From a virus, in the IMG/VR virus record IMGVR_UViG_3300036766_002281, positions 1-64,000 of that record: DNA of 64,000 nt. One strand, written 5' to 3'. The stretch's first letter is position 1. Every line of letters starts with the position of its first letter. Below the pieces are notes generated by a model. The model was not told where the DNA came from, searched no databases, and was given only the letters and a program-made list of their open reading frames with translations. Positions 19,720 to 29,670 of this stretch are shown here, in pieces. Made by a program: the position numbers and the translations under genes.

Positions 19720-21305
19720 TAGAAACTATAATCTTTAAAGATCTTTTACGTTTAACTGCTGATAAAGAAGGGTTTGTAGCCCTAAACACTTCTCGGCATA
19801 CAAACAAGTGGGTAGCTGGACTTCCAGAAGAGTTGTGGGAAAGTATCTACGAGGTCAAAACAGGTGATAGAGTTGATCTAGCTTTTGTATTTAGACCAGA
19901 TGCAAAGTACGATCATGCGAAACTTGCTCTTTGGCGTAATCATTTTGGAGATGCCCCTAGATTAGAAGATTACAAAGCAGACCATGCTGAAGAGTTTGGT
20001 ATTGACGAAGAAGAGTTAGAACAGTTTGAGAACGCACAGGGAGAGAAAGAGGAAATCTATCGCAATGATCGTTACCAGGCTACCAACAAGGATGCCGCTA
20101 ATTGGCTGTTGAACATTCCAATGAAGTTTCTTGAACGGTATTTCTATTCACGTACTACTCCAGAAGAGATTGTAAGCATCAGGCACGAACTGATCAATAC
20201 CCTAGAAGGATTTGAAGCACAGCTCGAGCAGATTGGAGTCGACCCATCGGAAGTAAAGGAACTGGAATCTGAGTTTGAGACTGTAGCCACCCCTCAACAA
20301 ATGGATAGGGCATTAGAAGATTTGTACAAGTTTGGGAAAGACCATGGCGTCTGGTTTGAAAGCACTTTAATGAAAGGTAGTGCAGTTACGGCTTCCAGAG
20401 TTTATAAACGATTGGTAGATGGGTGGAATAGAATAGTTGAACCAGATTGGAGTCCGAAGATGGATAAAAGTCTGAATACAGTAGTAATTGAATTCTATGA
20501 TGGGCGGACGGAAAATGTTTTAACTGAAGAACAGTTAGATGAGTTCTTGGAAGAACAATTCTCTTACAATGATATGAATGCTGGAAAGGGTTTTAAAGTT
20601 TTTAAACGAATGAGTTATCAGGATTATCAAGTTGCGGTAAACGAAATGATTGATGAGATCTTTCCCGGGCATAATATTGGATCAAGCGTGCTAGATAACT
20701 TGTGGAGAGATGGGTACAAGATTGCAACAGTAACTTTGTACAATCGGGTTTGGTATGATAAGTGTGCCCCAGATCTTAATCAACCAAGTAGTTTTGTTGA
20801 GCCAAAGATTGTGGGAATGAACCGATATTATGAAGTAGTACAAGCTCTCGATCAAATGAATACTGCGATTGGGCATTCCGTATTGAATTGTTTCAGCGAC
20901 CTTATCCTGTTTAAGAAATCAAACGCTGTAGGAAGAAAAGCACATGATCAGGATTCAGATACTGTTAGTTCCCTTGACTTGATACTCTTGAACAAGACTG
21001 TAGAAGCATTAAATAGCAGAGGACTTTCGGTAAAGGTAGAAGACTATATCGATTGGCTGACTGGAAATGTGACAAAAGGAAGTTCCCGTTTCGACCAGGC
21101 TATTAAACTCTTCTTAACAGAACCAGTTTATAACACGTTTAAGCATTTGAATCTTGTAGATGCTAAGGTTAAATTCGAACTAGGTCTTGGCCCACCTACG
21201 GTAGACGGGATCGATGTAAGTATGAGTCCAGAAAAAGAGTCACTACAGTTACTGCCGGGATTTACTGATGCAACAGTGGAGCCGCCAGTAGTAATAACTA
21301 GGTAG
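19716..21305 (+). CDS. Acidic multi-segment hypothetical protein
   Basis: 529 aa; LTA, VTA, KIA and RKA linker-like sites. Confidence 0.7.
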   Translation: MIETIIFKDLLRLTADKEGFVALNTSRHTNKWVAGLPEELWESIYEVKTGDRVDLAFVFRPDAKYDHAKLALWRNHFGDAPRLEDYKADHAEEFGIDEEELEQFENAQGEKEEIYRNDRYQATNKDAANWLLNIPMKFLERYFYSRTTPEEIVSIRHELINTLEGFEAQLEQIGVDPSEVKELESEFETVATPQQMDRALEDLYKFGKDHGVWFESTLMKGSAVTASRVYKRLVDGWNRIVEPDWSPKMDKSLNTVVIEFYDGRTENVLTEEQLDEFLEEQFSYNDMNAGKGFKVFKRMSYQDYQVAVNEMIDEIFPGHNIGSSVLDNLWRDGYKIATVTLYNRVWYDKCAPDLNQPSSFVEPKIVGMNRYYEVVQALDQMNTAIGHSVLNCFSDLILFKKSNAVGRKAHDQDSDTVSSLDLILLNKTVEALNSRGLSVKVEDYIDWLTGNVTKGSSRFDQAIKLFLTEPVYNTFKHLNLVDAKVKFELGLGPPTVDGIDVSMSPEKESLQLLPGFTDATVEPPVVITR

Positions 21306-21340
21306 AACAACGAAATGTATAGAGCTGCGAACATGTACGC

Positions 21341-21544
21341 ATGAAGGAGTTTATGCTTATGTTCAAGTTCACTGACGATGATGAAGTTTTGTTACGTTGC
21401 TTGAATGCCTATTTAGATTGTCCAGGATGTAAAGGGCAGTTAGTCATTACGCACATAGAATTTTCGAATACATTTTTGAGATTTGTTCCAGTTAAGAGCT
21501 GTCTATCATGCAAATCAGATTATTTTATTACTGAGTCAGATTAG
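21341..21544 (+). CDS. Small Zn-ribbon protein
   Basis: CPGC and CLSC pairs. Confidence 0.55.
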   Translation: MKEFMLMFKFTDDDEVLLRCLNAYLDCPGCKGQLVITHIEFSNTFLRFVPVKSCLSCKSDYFITESD

Positions 21545-21892
21545 GAGCAAGCAAGCACGCACAAATGGAATGCCTACATTTAGAACTAATTAGAATCGAC
21601 AAGGAAGACAGTTGGCTGTTCTACCAGTGTAAGAATTGTCATTTCGAAACGGAAGTGAAGGAAACTGAATTTTACAAATCAATGACAGAAGAAGAGAGAA
21701 AACAAGTTCACGAACCTTTAGATGGAAATTAATTAAAGTTAATAAACCTAAGGAGAAATCAAACGAACGTGTTCAATCCTACTCAACCTGCTAGTAAAGT
21801 ATCTAAACCGAAAGCAAATATTGTAAGACCATTTGAAAAGATAATGAGACCTAAAACAAAAGTAATTAAAATAAAATTTGAAGGGAATTAAC

Positions 21893-22213
21893 ATGCTATC
21901 AAAAATAAAAGAATTTCAACGTCAAGCAAACGAACTTAAACGGGATGAGAACTCAGTGGATGAGTTTCGTCTTTGGTTAGAAGCTAAGACAGCAGAAGAA
22001 AAAGTTTTTCCTGAAAATACACTTCCTAGACGTATCCAACCAGGTATTCGACTTGAAATACCTAGTGGAGATATAGTAAAAGTTGTAAGTAAGCCATATG
22101 ATTATATGGACAATACTGTGATTGATATAGTTTTTGATAATGGGTTGGAAACTACTGCTATATGGTATCCTGAAGATAGTAGATGGGATGCCGTAGAAGA
22201 GCCAACTGAATAA
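21893..22213 (+). CDS. Leader-module protein; payload resembles the C-terminal domain of 17126..17695
   Basis: Leader then KTA; KVVSKP...IDIVFDNGLETTAIW versus EVTSKP...VDVVFEDGMEHYAVW. Confidence 0.8.
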   Translation: MLSKIKEFQRQANELKRDENSVDEFRLWLEAKTAEEKVFPENTLPRRIQPGIRLEIPSGDIVKVVSKPYDYMDNTVIDIVFDNGLETTAIWYPEDSRWDAVEEPTE

Positions 22214-22271
22214 GAAGAGCTTATCAACAACGAAGCGGAACCAAGACCAAGACCAAGACCAAGGAGATAAC

Positions 22272-22580
22272 ATGCTATCAAAAATCAAAGAATTTCAACG
22301 TACTGCAAAAGAGCTGGATACTGATCCAAATTCAATAGAACAGTTCAAGATGTACCTTGAAGCAGAATATCCTGAAGGTGGAGAAGGTTCTGCAGACGAA
22401 GTAGATTTTGCCATCGAGAAGGTAATTTCTAGTTTGTATGAATTCAAAAATGGGTTGGATAAATTAAGATATACTAACGAATCTATTTTGGAAGAGTTAG
22501 AAAATATGGATATGGTATGGGAAGTATTTAGAACTGCTGTTACAACCTTTGTTGAATCAAACACAGAAGGGGAATCTTAA
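22272..22580 (+). CDS. Leader-module protein, acidic helical payload
   Basis: AAGGAGATAAC-ATG plus leader. Confidence 0.8.
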   Translation: MLSKIKEFQRTAKELDTDPNSIEQFKMYLEAEYPEGGEGSADEVDFAIEKVISSLYEFKNGLDKLRYTNESILEELENMDMVWEVFRTAVTTFVESNTEGES

Positions 22581-22589
22581 GGAGATAAC

Positions 22590-22895
22590 ATGTTAAATAA
22601 AATCAAAGAATTTCAACGTCAAGCAAACAAACTTAAAAGAGATGCCAACAGCGTTGAAGAATTTCGTCTTTGGTTAGAAGCCGATCAAAAAATGATAGAA
22701 CTTAATGCTGGAATTGTTCCTAGCACAATTAAGCAAGTTGACGAAGTCTATTCTCGATTCAAAGGTGCGAAGAATGATCTTACTAAATTGTACCACGAAC
22801 TCAAGGGGGAAGACGCTGTGGATCTTTCAGCAGTTCTTACTTCCATGGATAAGGCCATGGAAGGCCTTGAAACTTTATTACAGAGGTATGCCTAA
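22590..22895 (+). CDS. Leader-module protein, helical payload
   Basis: AAGGAGATAAC-ATG plus leader. Confidence 0.8.
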   Translation: MLNKIKEFQRQANKLKRDANSVEEFRLWLEADQKMIELNAGIVPSTIKQVDEVYSRFKGAKNDLTKLYHELKGEDAVDLSAVLTSMDKAMEGLETLLQRYA

Positions 22896-22896
22896 T

Positions 22897-22986
22897 ATGT
22901 TAAACAAAATCAAAGAATTTCAACGTCAAGCTAGCGAGTTAGGAAGAAATCCAAACAGCGTAGAAGAGCTTAAGTTCTGGCTGTAA
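22897..22986 (+). pseudogene. Payload-less leader module (29 aa)
   Basis: MLNKIKEFQRQASELGRNPNSVEELKFWL then TAA where most copies have GAA. Confidence 0.65.
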
Positions 22987-23030
22987 GCAATACCGCTATT
23001 GTTATAAACCTATTTGTAGAAAGTGAGGGA

Positions 23031-23432
23031 GTGAATCGATATAAGTATAAAAACGGGGCAATAGTTCGCATACTTACGTTTTTAACAGTTTTAATTCTTT
23101 CTACGAGTATTATAGCGGTACAAGCACGAACACTTCTCTCTACGGTGACTTTACTTAAATTTGAGGATGATTACGATCAGAAGGACGTAGCAGTCATGGC
23201 AGTTGTAGATCGAATAGCAAAAGTTGATGGTGCTCACGGTGGTTTTTATTACGAAGTGAGTTTATATCCAGATGTAGTAGCAGTAGCTTTTACAACACAG
23301 ATAAGTAAAAGGTTAAAGGTTGGAAGCCTAGTTGAAGTCCGTGGACGTTATTTTAAGTCGAACATGTTCATGGGGAACGTTTACAAACGATTTATTATTG
23401 CAGAAAAGCTTCTGGTTCTTGACGTAAGTTAA
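23031..23432 (+). CDS. Exported or membrane-anchored protein, possible OB-fold
   Basis: N-terminal hydrophobic segment ending VQA; LKVGSLVEVRGRY strand pattern. Confidence 0.55.
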   Translation: MNRYKYKNGAIVRILTFLTVLILSTSIIAVQARTLLSTVTLLKFEDDYDQKDVAVMAVVDRIAKVDGAHGGFYYEVSLYPDVVAVAFTTQISKRLKVGSLVEVRGRYFKSNMFMGNVYKRFIIAEKLLVLDVS

Positions 23433-23594
23433 ACAGTAATAAATCAAACGAAAGCATCTTAGTTTGCGGACCGAAAATTGAGAAACACCAGCAAAAACGG
23501 TATAACAAAGTAAATCTAAAACTGAGAAAGTAAATCTACGAATAGAATGAAATCAATAGAATTAGAGCCATAAAGGAAATCTAAAAGGAAACAA

Positions 23595-24116
23595 ATGTTA
23601 TCTATTATTGGAGAATTTCAAAGGGAAGCTGTTAAGTTGGCCAAAGATCCTAACTCGGTTGAGGAATTAAAGAGATTTGCTTATGCAAGAATGTCTTTTA
23701 TTCATTATTCTAAAACTGAGATAGAAAATTTAGGAAGTATGAGAGTAAATTCAATTCTTATATCTATTGCGGGACTGAACGATGATTTTGCTGAAGTAGA
23801 TGATTCTCGTTTTAAAGATGTATTACGTTTAAGATTTAGTGATGTAACAAGGGACTTTGGAAAATTTTTAGCTTTTAGAAAAAATCAAGCTGAACAGATT
23901 ATCGCTTTTGTAAATAGAAACATTCCAGTTGATTTTGTTTACATCAACTGCGAACAAGGCAGATCTAGATCGGCAGCTATTCATTCAGCTTTAGAAAAAA
24001 TTTATCATGCAAAAGAGGTTAATTTCCTTCATTGTAATTTACAGGTCAAGGAGACTTTGTTAGATGTTATCAAAAATCAAAGAGTTTCAGAAGTTAGCAC
24101 AAGAATTAGACCGTAA
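23595..24116 (+). CDS. Leader module fused to a protein-tyrosine-phosphatase-like domain
   Basis: Leader; ILISI, LRLRFSDV, INCEQGRSRSAAI (CX5R). Confidence 0.8.
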   Translation: MLSIIGEFQREAVKLAKDPNSVEELKRFAYARMSFIHYSKTEIENLGSMRVNSILISIAGLNDDFAEVDDSRFKDVLRLRFSDVTRDFGKFLAFRKNQAEQIIAFVNRNIPVDFVYINCEQGRSRSAAIHSALEKIYHAKEVNFLHCNLQVKETLLDVIKNQRVSEVSTRIRP

Positions 24117-24522
24117 TCCAAACAGCGTAGAAGAGCTTCGGCTTTGGTTAGAGGCTCAAACCAAAACGGCTCAGGATCTTAGTTTTACTTCGGATGTTGA
24201 TGATGTTGATATTCGACCTCGACCAAAAGATGTTGATTTTGTAAATGCAAAAGCCAAAGTATTCTGGGATCTGCAAATGGACGCCCGGGAATATGGGATT
24301 AAGGATATCTACCCAACAGTTAGAAAAGTTGTGATTTCAGGAACGTATGAGTACGCCGTAGATATTGATGAAGAGGCAAGAGAAGAAGAGTTTGAGCTCT
24401 CCATTACAGCGGAAGAATGGAATATAAAAGAGGACTTAATGGGTGCGAAATTTGCTAACGGGTTGTACCCTTCTACAGTAAACGTAGACCAAGAATCAAA
24501 ACAATGTACAGTTGAGTTTTGA
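24064..24522 (+). CDS. Leader-module protein, acidic beta-rich payload
   Basis: Leader then QTKTA. Confidence 0.8.
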   Translation: MLSKIKEFQKLAQELDRNPNSVEELRLWLEAQTKTAQDLSFTSDVDDVDIRPRPKDVDFVNAKAKVFWDLQMDAREYGIKDIYPTVRKVVISGTYEYAVDIDEEAREEEFELSITAEEWNIKEDLMGAKFANGLYPSTVNVDQESKQCTVEF

Positions 24523-24543
24523 TAGATAGAACGTTACGAACGA

Positions 24544-24936
24544 ATGATATTAGATCTGAAACAATTTAAAAACGATCTTAAGCATTTGAATCGACATGGA
24601 AGTTCCCGGTGCGTTTTAGTAAATGTTTACATGATTTCAGATTCAGAGCTCTATCACCGTTTTGTTACAGAACGTTTGAGAGTAGCATTTCCACTCGTTC
24701 TAGTTGTGGAAGAATCAAAAATTTTTAGTGGTTTTTCAAACGATTCTTATAGTAAAATTATGGATAAAATATACAATCGAGAGATTGTACTGTTTTCATT
24801 TGAGAATGCTGATGTAGGATTTGGTTATAATATTGAGCATCTTCGTAGTAAAGTGCAAGCTGTTGTTGATGAAAGTTTTAGACAAAGAATAGACAAGACC
24901 TTTAAACGTATGGAGAGTGAACATGTTGTCAGATGA
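24544..24936 (+). CDS. Hypothetical protein
   Basis: 130-aa ORF in operon. Confidence 0.6.
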   Translation: MILDLKQFKNDLKHLNRHGSSRCVLVNVYMISDSELYHRFVTERLRVAFPLVLVVEESKIFSGFSNDSYSKIMDKIYNREIVLFSFENADVGFGYNIEHLRSKVQAVVDESFRQRIDKTFKRMESEHVVR

Positions 24937-27088
24937 AATAGGCGGTAAACTTCTAGATCTTGAACAACGTAAAGAAGCTGCAAAAGTTAGTAATCATCTA
25001 CATACTGCAGTAGAAAAGCTCAGAGCAATAGAAGAAGCTATTTTAAAGTTTTGTACCAAACCTAGAACTTCCAGCCAGGTTATACAGCTCTTTCCTGCTC
25101 GTCCTTTTAACATCTTGGCAATCATGGAAAATCTTAGAGTTAAAGATATGCTTACTCTTGCTGCCAATAAGTATGTCACAAACGTTGAGCATAGAGAGTT
25201 TGATGTCAGCATGACTATGACAGCTGATAGACGCAGCTTTACTTCGAAGACAGAGGAAATGTGGAGCTATTCCGACCAGGAAAGCAAACGTAGGCTTCTT
25301 TCAAAAGCTCATGTAATTCCAGAGAACGTTCCCAGATTCGCAGCAGAAGAATGGGCTCATCTTCCATCATGGGTTCAGAAGGCAGTTGAATATGAGCATA
25401 AGCATCCAGCCATTTTAGCAGAAGTTGAGGGTCAGGCAGAATATCCAGATCGCCCAAGTATTCAAACTATAAAAGATGCAGACGGACAATTCTACGCAGA
25501 AGAAGTTGAAGAGTCTGGAGGAGATTGGGGAGTATTCGATACCGAAGTAGGACATTGTTTTGCTACTTACTCAGGATCAGCTAAAGCAGAAAAAGAAGCG
25601 GATAAAATGAATCAAGAACATGGGCTAGGAAAGTATAAAAAGAAAAAAGCTGATGACGCTCCTGCAACTATAAATGTCAATGAGCAATCGCAACTTCAGC
25701 AAGTTGAAGGTGCAGAAGAAGATCACGGTCCTTCGTGTGAGATCTGTGGTTATGAATTTACCGAATCCCCTCAATTTGGAAACTCAGATATATGCCAACG
25801 TTGTGCTAAGGATCCTAACAAACGAGAACAGTATGCAAGAGATGCTGGTTACGGTAAATGGCGGGGTGGGGACGAACGTAGTCTTGATCAGGCAGTTTCG
25901 GGCGAGATTGTTCCCTTCGGGGATAAATGGTGGAAGTTTACAGGTAGAATGACTTACAAACAATTGCGACCTGGAGTGATTTTTGGAGCCACTTATAGAG
26001 CCTTTAACGCCGGGTTTACTATTGAAGAGTTTCTTGGCTATTCTGGAAGAGATGTTAAGTATGGAGAAGGTGGTAAAAAGTATGATACCATCCAAGAAGT
26101 TTTTAAAGCTGAAGGAGTTAATTCCTTAAAGGCATTAGAAGCAAAACAAGATGAAGGGGAATACGGTTTTCATACCTACATGTGTACCAAGGAGTTGAGT
26201 GGTAAGCTGGAAGAGGGATGTTACTACTACATTAGCGAAGGTAGATGGAGTAGAGGATCTGGTGCTGAGGCATTAAGCTTCTGGACAGTTGAAGAAATGG
26301 CAAAGCCAGAAAAGTATGAGGATGAAGAAGGTGGAGCCTTCGCACCAAGAAAGCATTCTCCTAGAGATCTATCGGTATCTGATCTTAAGGAAAGCCGGAG
26401 ACGAAGACAAGCTTGTGATAAGGGGCAATTTATCGAGCTTACATCAGTACAGGATGTTGATACAGGAGTAACTACAGATAATCCAATAGAGCTCCAGGAA
26501 GTGGTTGACTCTGGATTGAGTGCCAATTACAAAGCTACGTTTATTACCAATGGTAGATCCAGAACTGCAATGTTGTCTACCTTGCCTGTAAAGAAGATAA
26601 AAGTTAAAACAGCAGAACCATTAATTCGACAAGTTAAATCGGCAGATTCCAGTTTCGAAGAACATGTTAAGAAATTAATGCAAGAGGCTTTCAAGTATTA
26701 TTCTGAACAGACAAAAATTATTCCAGACACAGTAGATATCTGGAACGACGTTTTGAACAGTTTGTCTAGAGAACGTGGTACTACCTTAACCAAAGAAGAA
26801 GAGAATGAAGTCTGGGCTATTATTACTGGCGAGGAACCAGAAGGCGGAGGCGAAGACGAGATTGATATCAGTGGCTGTGGAACACAGATTAAGCAATTCC
26901 AAAGTGAAGCCAAACGATTAGGTCGTAATGCTAACAGTGTTGAAGAACTTAAACTATGGATGGAAGCTGACAACGCTGAAAAAGAAGAACCTTTCAAATG
27001 GAAACACAAAACTTATGAAGAACCACCACCTACAGCAGAACAAATATTACAAGAAATGGAAGATAAAGAATTTGATTCGTTCTGGTAA
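24917..27088 (+). CDS. Acidic multi-segment polyprotein-like protein with a C-terminal leader copy
   Basis: MTA, KKA, RQA, KTA and KSA linkers; module at 26876-26968. Confidence 0.75.
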   Translation: MNMLSDEIGGKLLDLEQRKEAAKVSNHLHTAVEKLRAIEEAILKFCTKPRTSSQVIQLFPARPFNILAIMENLRVKDMLTLAANKYVTNVEHREFDVSMTMTADRRSFTSKTEEMWSYSDQESKRRLLSKAHVIPENVPRFAAEEWAHLPSWVQKAVEYEHKHPAILAEVEGQAEYPDRPSIQTIKDADGQFYAEEVEESGGDWGVFDTEVGHCFATYSGSAKAEKEADKMNQEHGLGKYKKKKADDAPATINVNEQSQLQQVEGAEEDHGPSCEICGYEFTESPQFGNSDICQRCAKDPNKREQYARDAGYGKWRGGDERSLDQAVSGEIVPFGDKWWKFTGRMTYKQLRPGVIFGATYRAFNAGFTIEEFLGYSGRDVKYGEGGKKYDTIQEVFKAEGVNSLKALEAKQDEGEYGFHTYMCTKELSGKLEEGCYYYISEGRWSRGSGAEALSFWTVEEMAKPEKYEDEEGGAFAPRKHSPRDLSVSDLKESRRRRQACDKGQFIELTSVQDVDTGVTTDNPIELQEVVDSGLSANYKATFITNGRSRTAMLSTLPVKKIKVKTAEPLIRQVKSADSSFEEHVKKLMQEAFKYYSEQTKIIPDTVDIWNDVLNSLSRERGTTLTKEEENEVWAIITGEEPEGGGEDEIDISGCGTQIKQFQSEAKRLGRNANSVEELKLWMEADNAEKEEPFKWKHKTYEEPPPTAEQILQEMEDKEFDSFW

Positions 27089-27186
27089 GTCTTAATTAAA
27101 AATGATGGAAGAATATTAATTCGAAAGGATTAAAACAATTAACAAACTAACAATCAACATTAAACGAAACGAAGGAGAACACGACT

Positions 27187-27591
27187 ATGTACGCTTTCAT
27201 CGCAGCTTACAAACTTTATATTACCAATGGTGGTTCTGGATCAGCAACAAGTTTAACTGACTTCTTGACCTGGTTTAATGGCATTAGAAATGCCCTTACT
27301 CAGGAGCAGCAGATTTATATTGATCTTCTGAGTAATTCTGCTTATGCAACGTTCAGAAACAAATCTTCTGCTGTAATTCAAGAAGCAGTGCATGGTCTTG
27401 AATTTATTGATAACGTTGATAACTATACAGATCCAGCAAATACTGCCACTGCCTATCCAACAACTGTTTCAGGAAGTACTGTGATGGCCACAGCATTTAT
27501 TAAGGCAGAGCTGGCAATGTTTGATAAGGTTATTAACGAGAATGGGCAATCGAGTAATAGTCAGGTAAATACTCTTCAAACGCTTTTATAA
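27187..27591 (+). CDS. Hypothetical protein (possible virion protein)
   Basis: Strong SD GAAGGAG; A/T/S/N-rich composition. Confidence 0.6.
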   Translation: MYAFIAAYKLYITNGGSGSATSLTDFLTWFNGIRNALTQEQQIYIDLLSNSAYATFRNKSSAVIQEAVHGLEFIDNVDNYTDPANTATAYPTTVSGSTVMATAFIKAELAMFDKVINENGQSSNSQVNTLQTLL

Positions 27592-27632
27592 GCGTAAGTG
27601 ATCAAACGAAAGAAAGGTAGGCAATTAAATCC

Positions 27633-27929
27633 ATGCTGGACCAAATCAAAGCATTTCAAAAGGAAGCTAAAGCTCTTGGTCGTAATGAGAACTCTGTGGA
27701 GGAGTTCAAGCTATGGATTGAGAGCGAGTCTCAGTCTCAATCGCAGACCAAGCAAGCTGCTGAACCAGAGGAAGATTACGATGAAGATAGAAAAAAGGTA
27801 ATGGGAGATATCAAAAAGGAAATTGATTTTGTGTTAGAAAATTCATTTCCAGAGTTAGAGAACTTAGAGACTGTTATGTTCTTTGAGGACAATGATCCTG
27901 TTATAAAAGTAAGATTTATAGGTAGGTAA
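27633..27929 (+). CDS. Leader-module protein
   Basis: Leader then SQSQSQTKQA. Confidence 0.8.
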   Translation: MLDQIKAFQKEAKALGRNENSVEEFKLWIESESQSQSQTKQAAEPEEDYDEDRKKVMGDIKKEIDFVLENSFPELENLETVMFFEDNDPVIKVRFIGR

Positions 27930-27936
27930 AATACCA

Positions 27937-28239
27937 ATGCTGAATAAAATTAAAGAATTTCAACGTCAAGCAAACGAACTTAAACGAGATCCAAACTCTT
28001 TGTCTGAGTTCAAACTCTGGCTGGATGCTCAGACCAAGACAGCTGCTTCAGACACTGTAAAAGCTATTTTCACTTTAGAAATCAGAGATGATGATACTGG
28101 ATATCCTGTTGATGTAGATTACAGTGAGTATGAGGAAATGATGGAAAAACTTGAACAGATACTTATGAGAGCAAGATACAAAGGAGAAGGGTTAAACGCA
28201 GTAATTACTTCCCATGCTGATTCTGGTTGGCAAGGGTAA
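27937..28239 (+). CDS. Leader-module protein
   Basis: Leader then QTKTA. Confidence 0.8.
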   Translation: MLNKIKEFQRQANELKRDPNSLSEFKLWLDAQTKTAASDTVKAIFTLEIRDDDTGYPVDVDYSEYEEMMEKLEQILMRARYKGEGLNAVITSHADSGWQG

Positions 28240-28252
28240 ACTGTAAGAGCCT

Positions 28253-29275
28253 ATGAATTACAAATACCTGATGGTAAAAGTGGCTCATTTCCAGCACGAT
28301 GCCCATAATCCGAATTCGATAGATGAATTTAAACTTTGGTTAGAAGCCAGAAACAGGCATGCCTGGATTGAACCACTGGGGGATGAAGATACTTTAAGAA
28401 CGTATCTGAAAGAAAACCATCCAGAATCTTTGGATGGTAACCATCCTGTGTATCTTTTTGTGGATGAGTCGTTTGAAGAACATAAACTGATGTTAGTAGG
28501 CTCCACGCCTATTACTCTAAACTTTTTGAAGAACTTTAAAAGATTGTATAATGAGACAGAGCAAGAACGTGAAGACGAAGCGGCAGAAAAAGAAGCACTA
28601 CCACCAGTTCTATCAAATAAAAAATCGTATAAAAATGGAGCGCCCAACATGTTAAAAGAACTAAATCAATTTCAGAAGGAAGCAAAACAACTAGGAAGAA
28701 ATGAGAACTCTGTTAATGAGTTTATATTATGGCTGGAAGCAAGATCGCAATCTAAAACGGCATTAAGTGATGAGGCAAACAAATTCATTAGTGACAAAAT
28801 TAGTAAGCTTCATGACGAAGGTTATGAAGGGGATCAAGCTATTGCTATAGCTCATGAGTATGCCAGAGATGCTGGCTACGATGTTCCAAGTCCAAAAAGT
28901 TCTTATACAAAAACGAAAAAGAAAGCTGATCCAGATCCAGAACCTGAGGCAGACTTTGGACCAGACGAAGACTTGGGGGATCAAATAGAAGACGTAATGG
29001 AACATGAGGATGACCCAGAAAAGGAAGCCAAGCAGTTGATGGCTCTTTGGGAAAAAGGTGAGATGAGTTTGAAAGAGCTTCACCACCATATCTTAGAAGA
29101 ATATGGTACGGAGCAGGAAGAAGAAAACATTGAAGACATCGTTTTTGATCTAATTGACAAGCACGTCAAAGAGCTCAAGGGCGAAACCGAAGATGAGAGC
29201 GAGAGCGAGAGCGAGCTCGAAGAAGAGGAAGAGGAAGAAGGAGTAGGCGAAGAAGTTGGAGTACCAGAAAAATAG
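28253..29275 (+). CDS. Two fused leader cassettes with extremely acidic tail
   Basis: Shortened leader then RHA at the N-terminus; second leader with GGAG SD at 28649 then SKTA. Confidence 0.8.
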   Translation: MNYKYLMVKVAHFQHDAHNPNSIDEFKLWLEARNRHAWIEPLGDEDTLRTYLKENHPESLDGNHPVYLFVDESFEEHKLMLVGSTPITLNFLKNFKRLYNETEQEREDEAAEKEALPPVLSNKKSYKNGAPNMLKELNQFQKEAKQLGRNENSVNEFILWLEARSQSKTALSDEANKFISDKISKLHDEGYEGDQAIAIAHEYARDAGYDVPSPKSSYTKTKKKADPDPEPEADFGPDEDLGDQIEDVMEHEDDPEKEAKQLMALWEKGEMSLKELHHHILEEYGTEQEEENIEDIVFDLIDKHVKELKGETEDESESESELEEEEEEEGVGEEVGVPEK

Positions 29276-29276
29276 G

Positions 29277-29663
29277 ATGAAAATAATCGTGTACAAGACT
29301 AGGGAAATAGAGAAGATAATTTCGTTTTTCCAGCATTTACCCGATGACTGGGATAGTTACGGGAGCCCACGTCCTAGTGCTAAAACTATTTATTCGTTAG
29401 AAAAGTTTACATCAAAGTTCTTTAAATTTTTCTATCTTCGAAATTCTGTTTATGCTATTCCAGGTGGGGGTATCCAACTTGATTTTAGGTATGAGCAGAA
29501 AGTTTTAGGATTTGAAATCTTTTCCAACGGGGAAATTCGTTATGAGCAGTATATAGGTAATAATCTGCTTTCCTGCAACGATCCTATTTGTAATAAGATT
29601 TCTTTGAAGGAAGATCTGGCAGATGCTCAGTTTAATGCTTTACTAAACTGGTTGATGGAGTAG
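29277..29663 (+). CDS. Hypothetical protein (start 29256 or 29277)
   Basis: LPDDWDSYGSPRP...PGGGIQLDF pattern. Confidence 0.6.
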   Translation: MKIIVYKTREIEKIISFFQHLPDDWDSYGSPRPSAKTIYSLEKFTSKFFKFFYLRNSVYAIPGGGIQLDFRYEQKVLGFEIFSNGEIRYEQYIGNNLLSCNDPICNKISLKEDLADAQFNALLNWLME

Positions 29664-29670
29664 CGAGTAA

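Noticed and set aside
24544-24610. MILDLKQFKNDLKHLNRHGSS as a 16th leader copy
   Set aside because: It matches only the first half loosely and lacks NSxxEFKLWL, so it was not counted.
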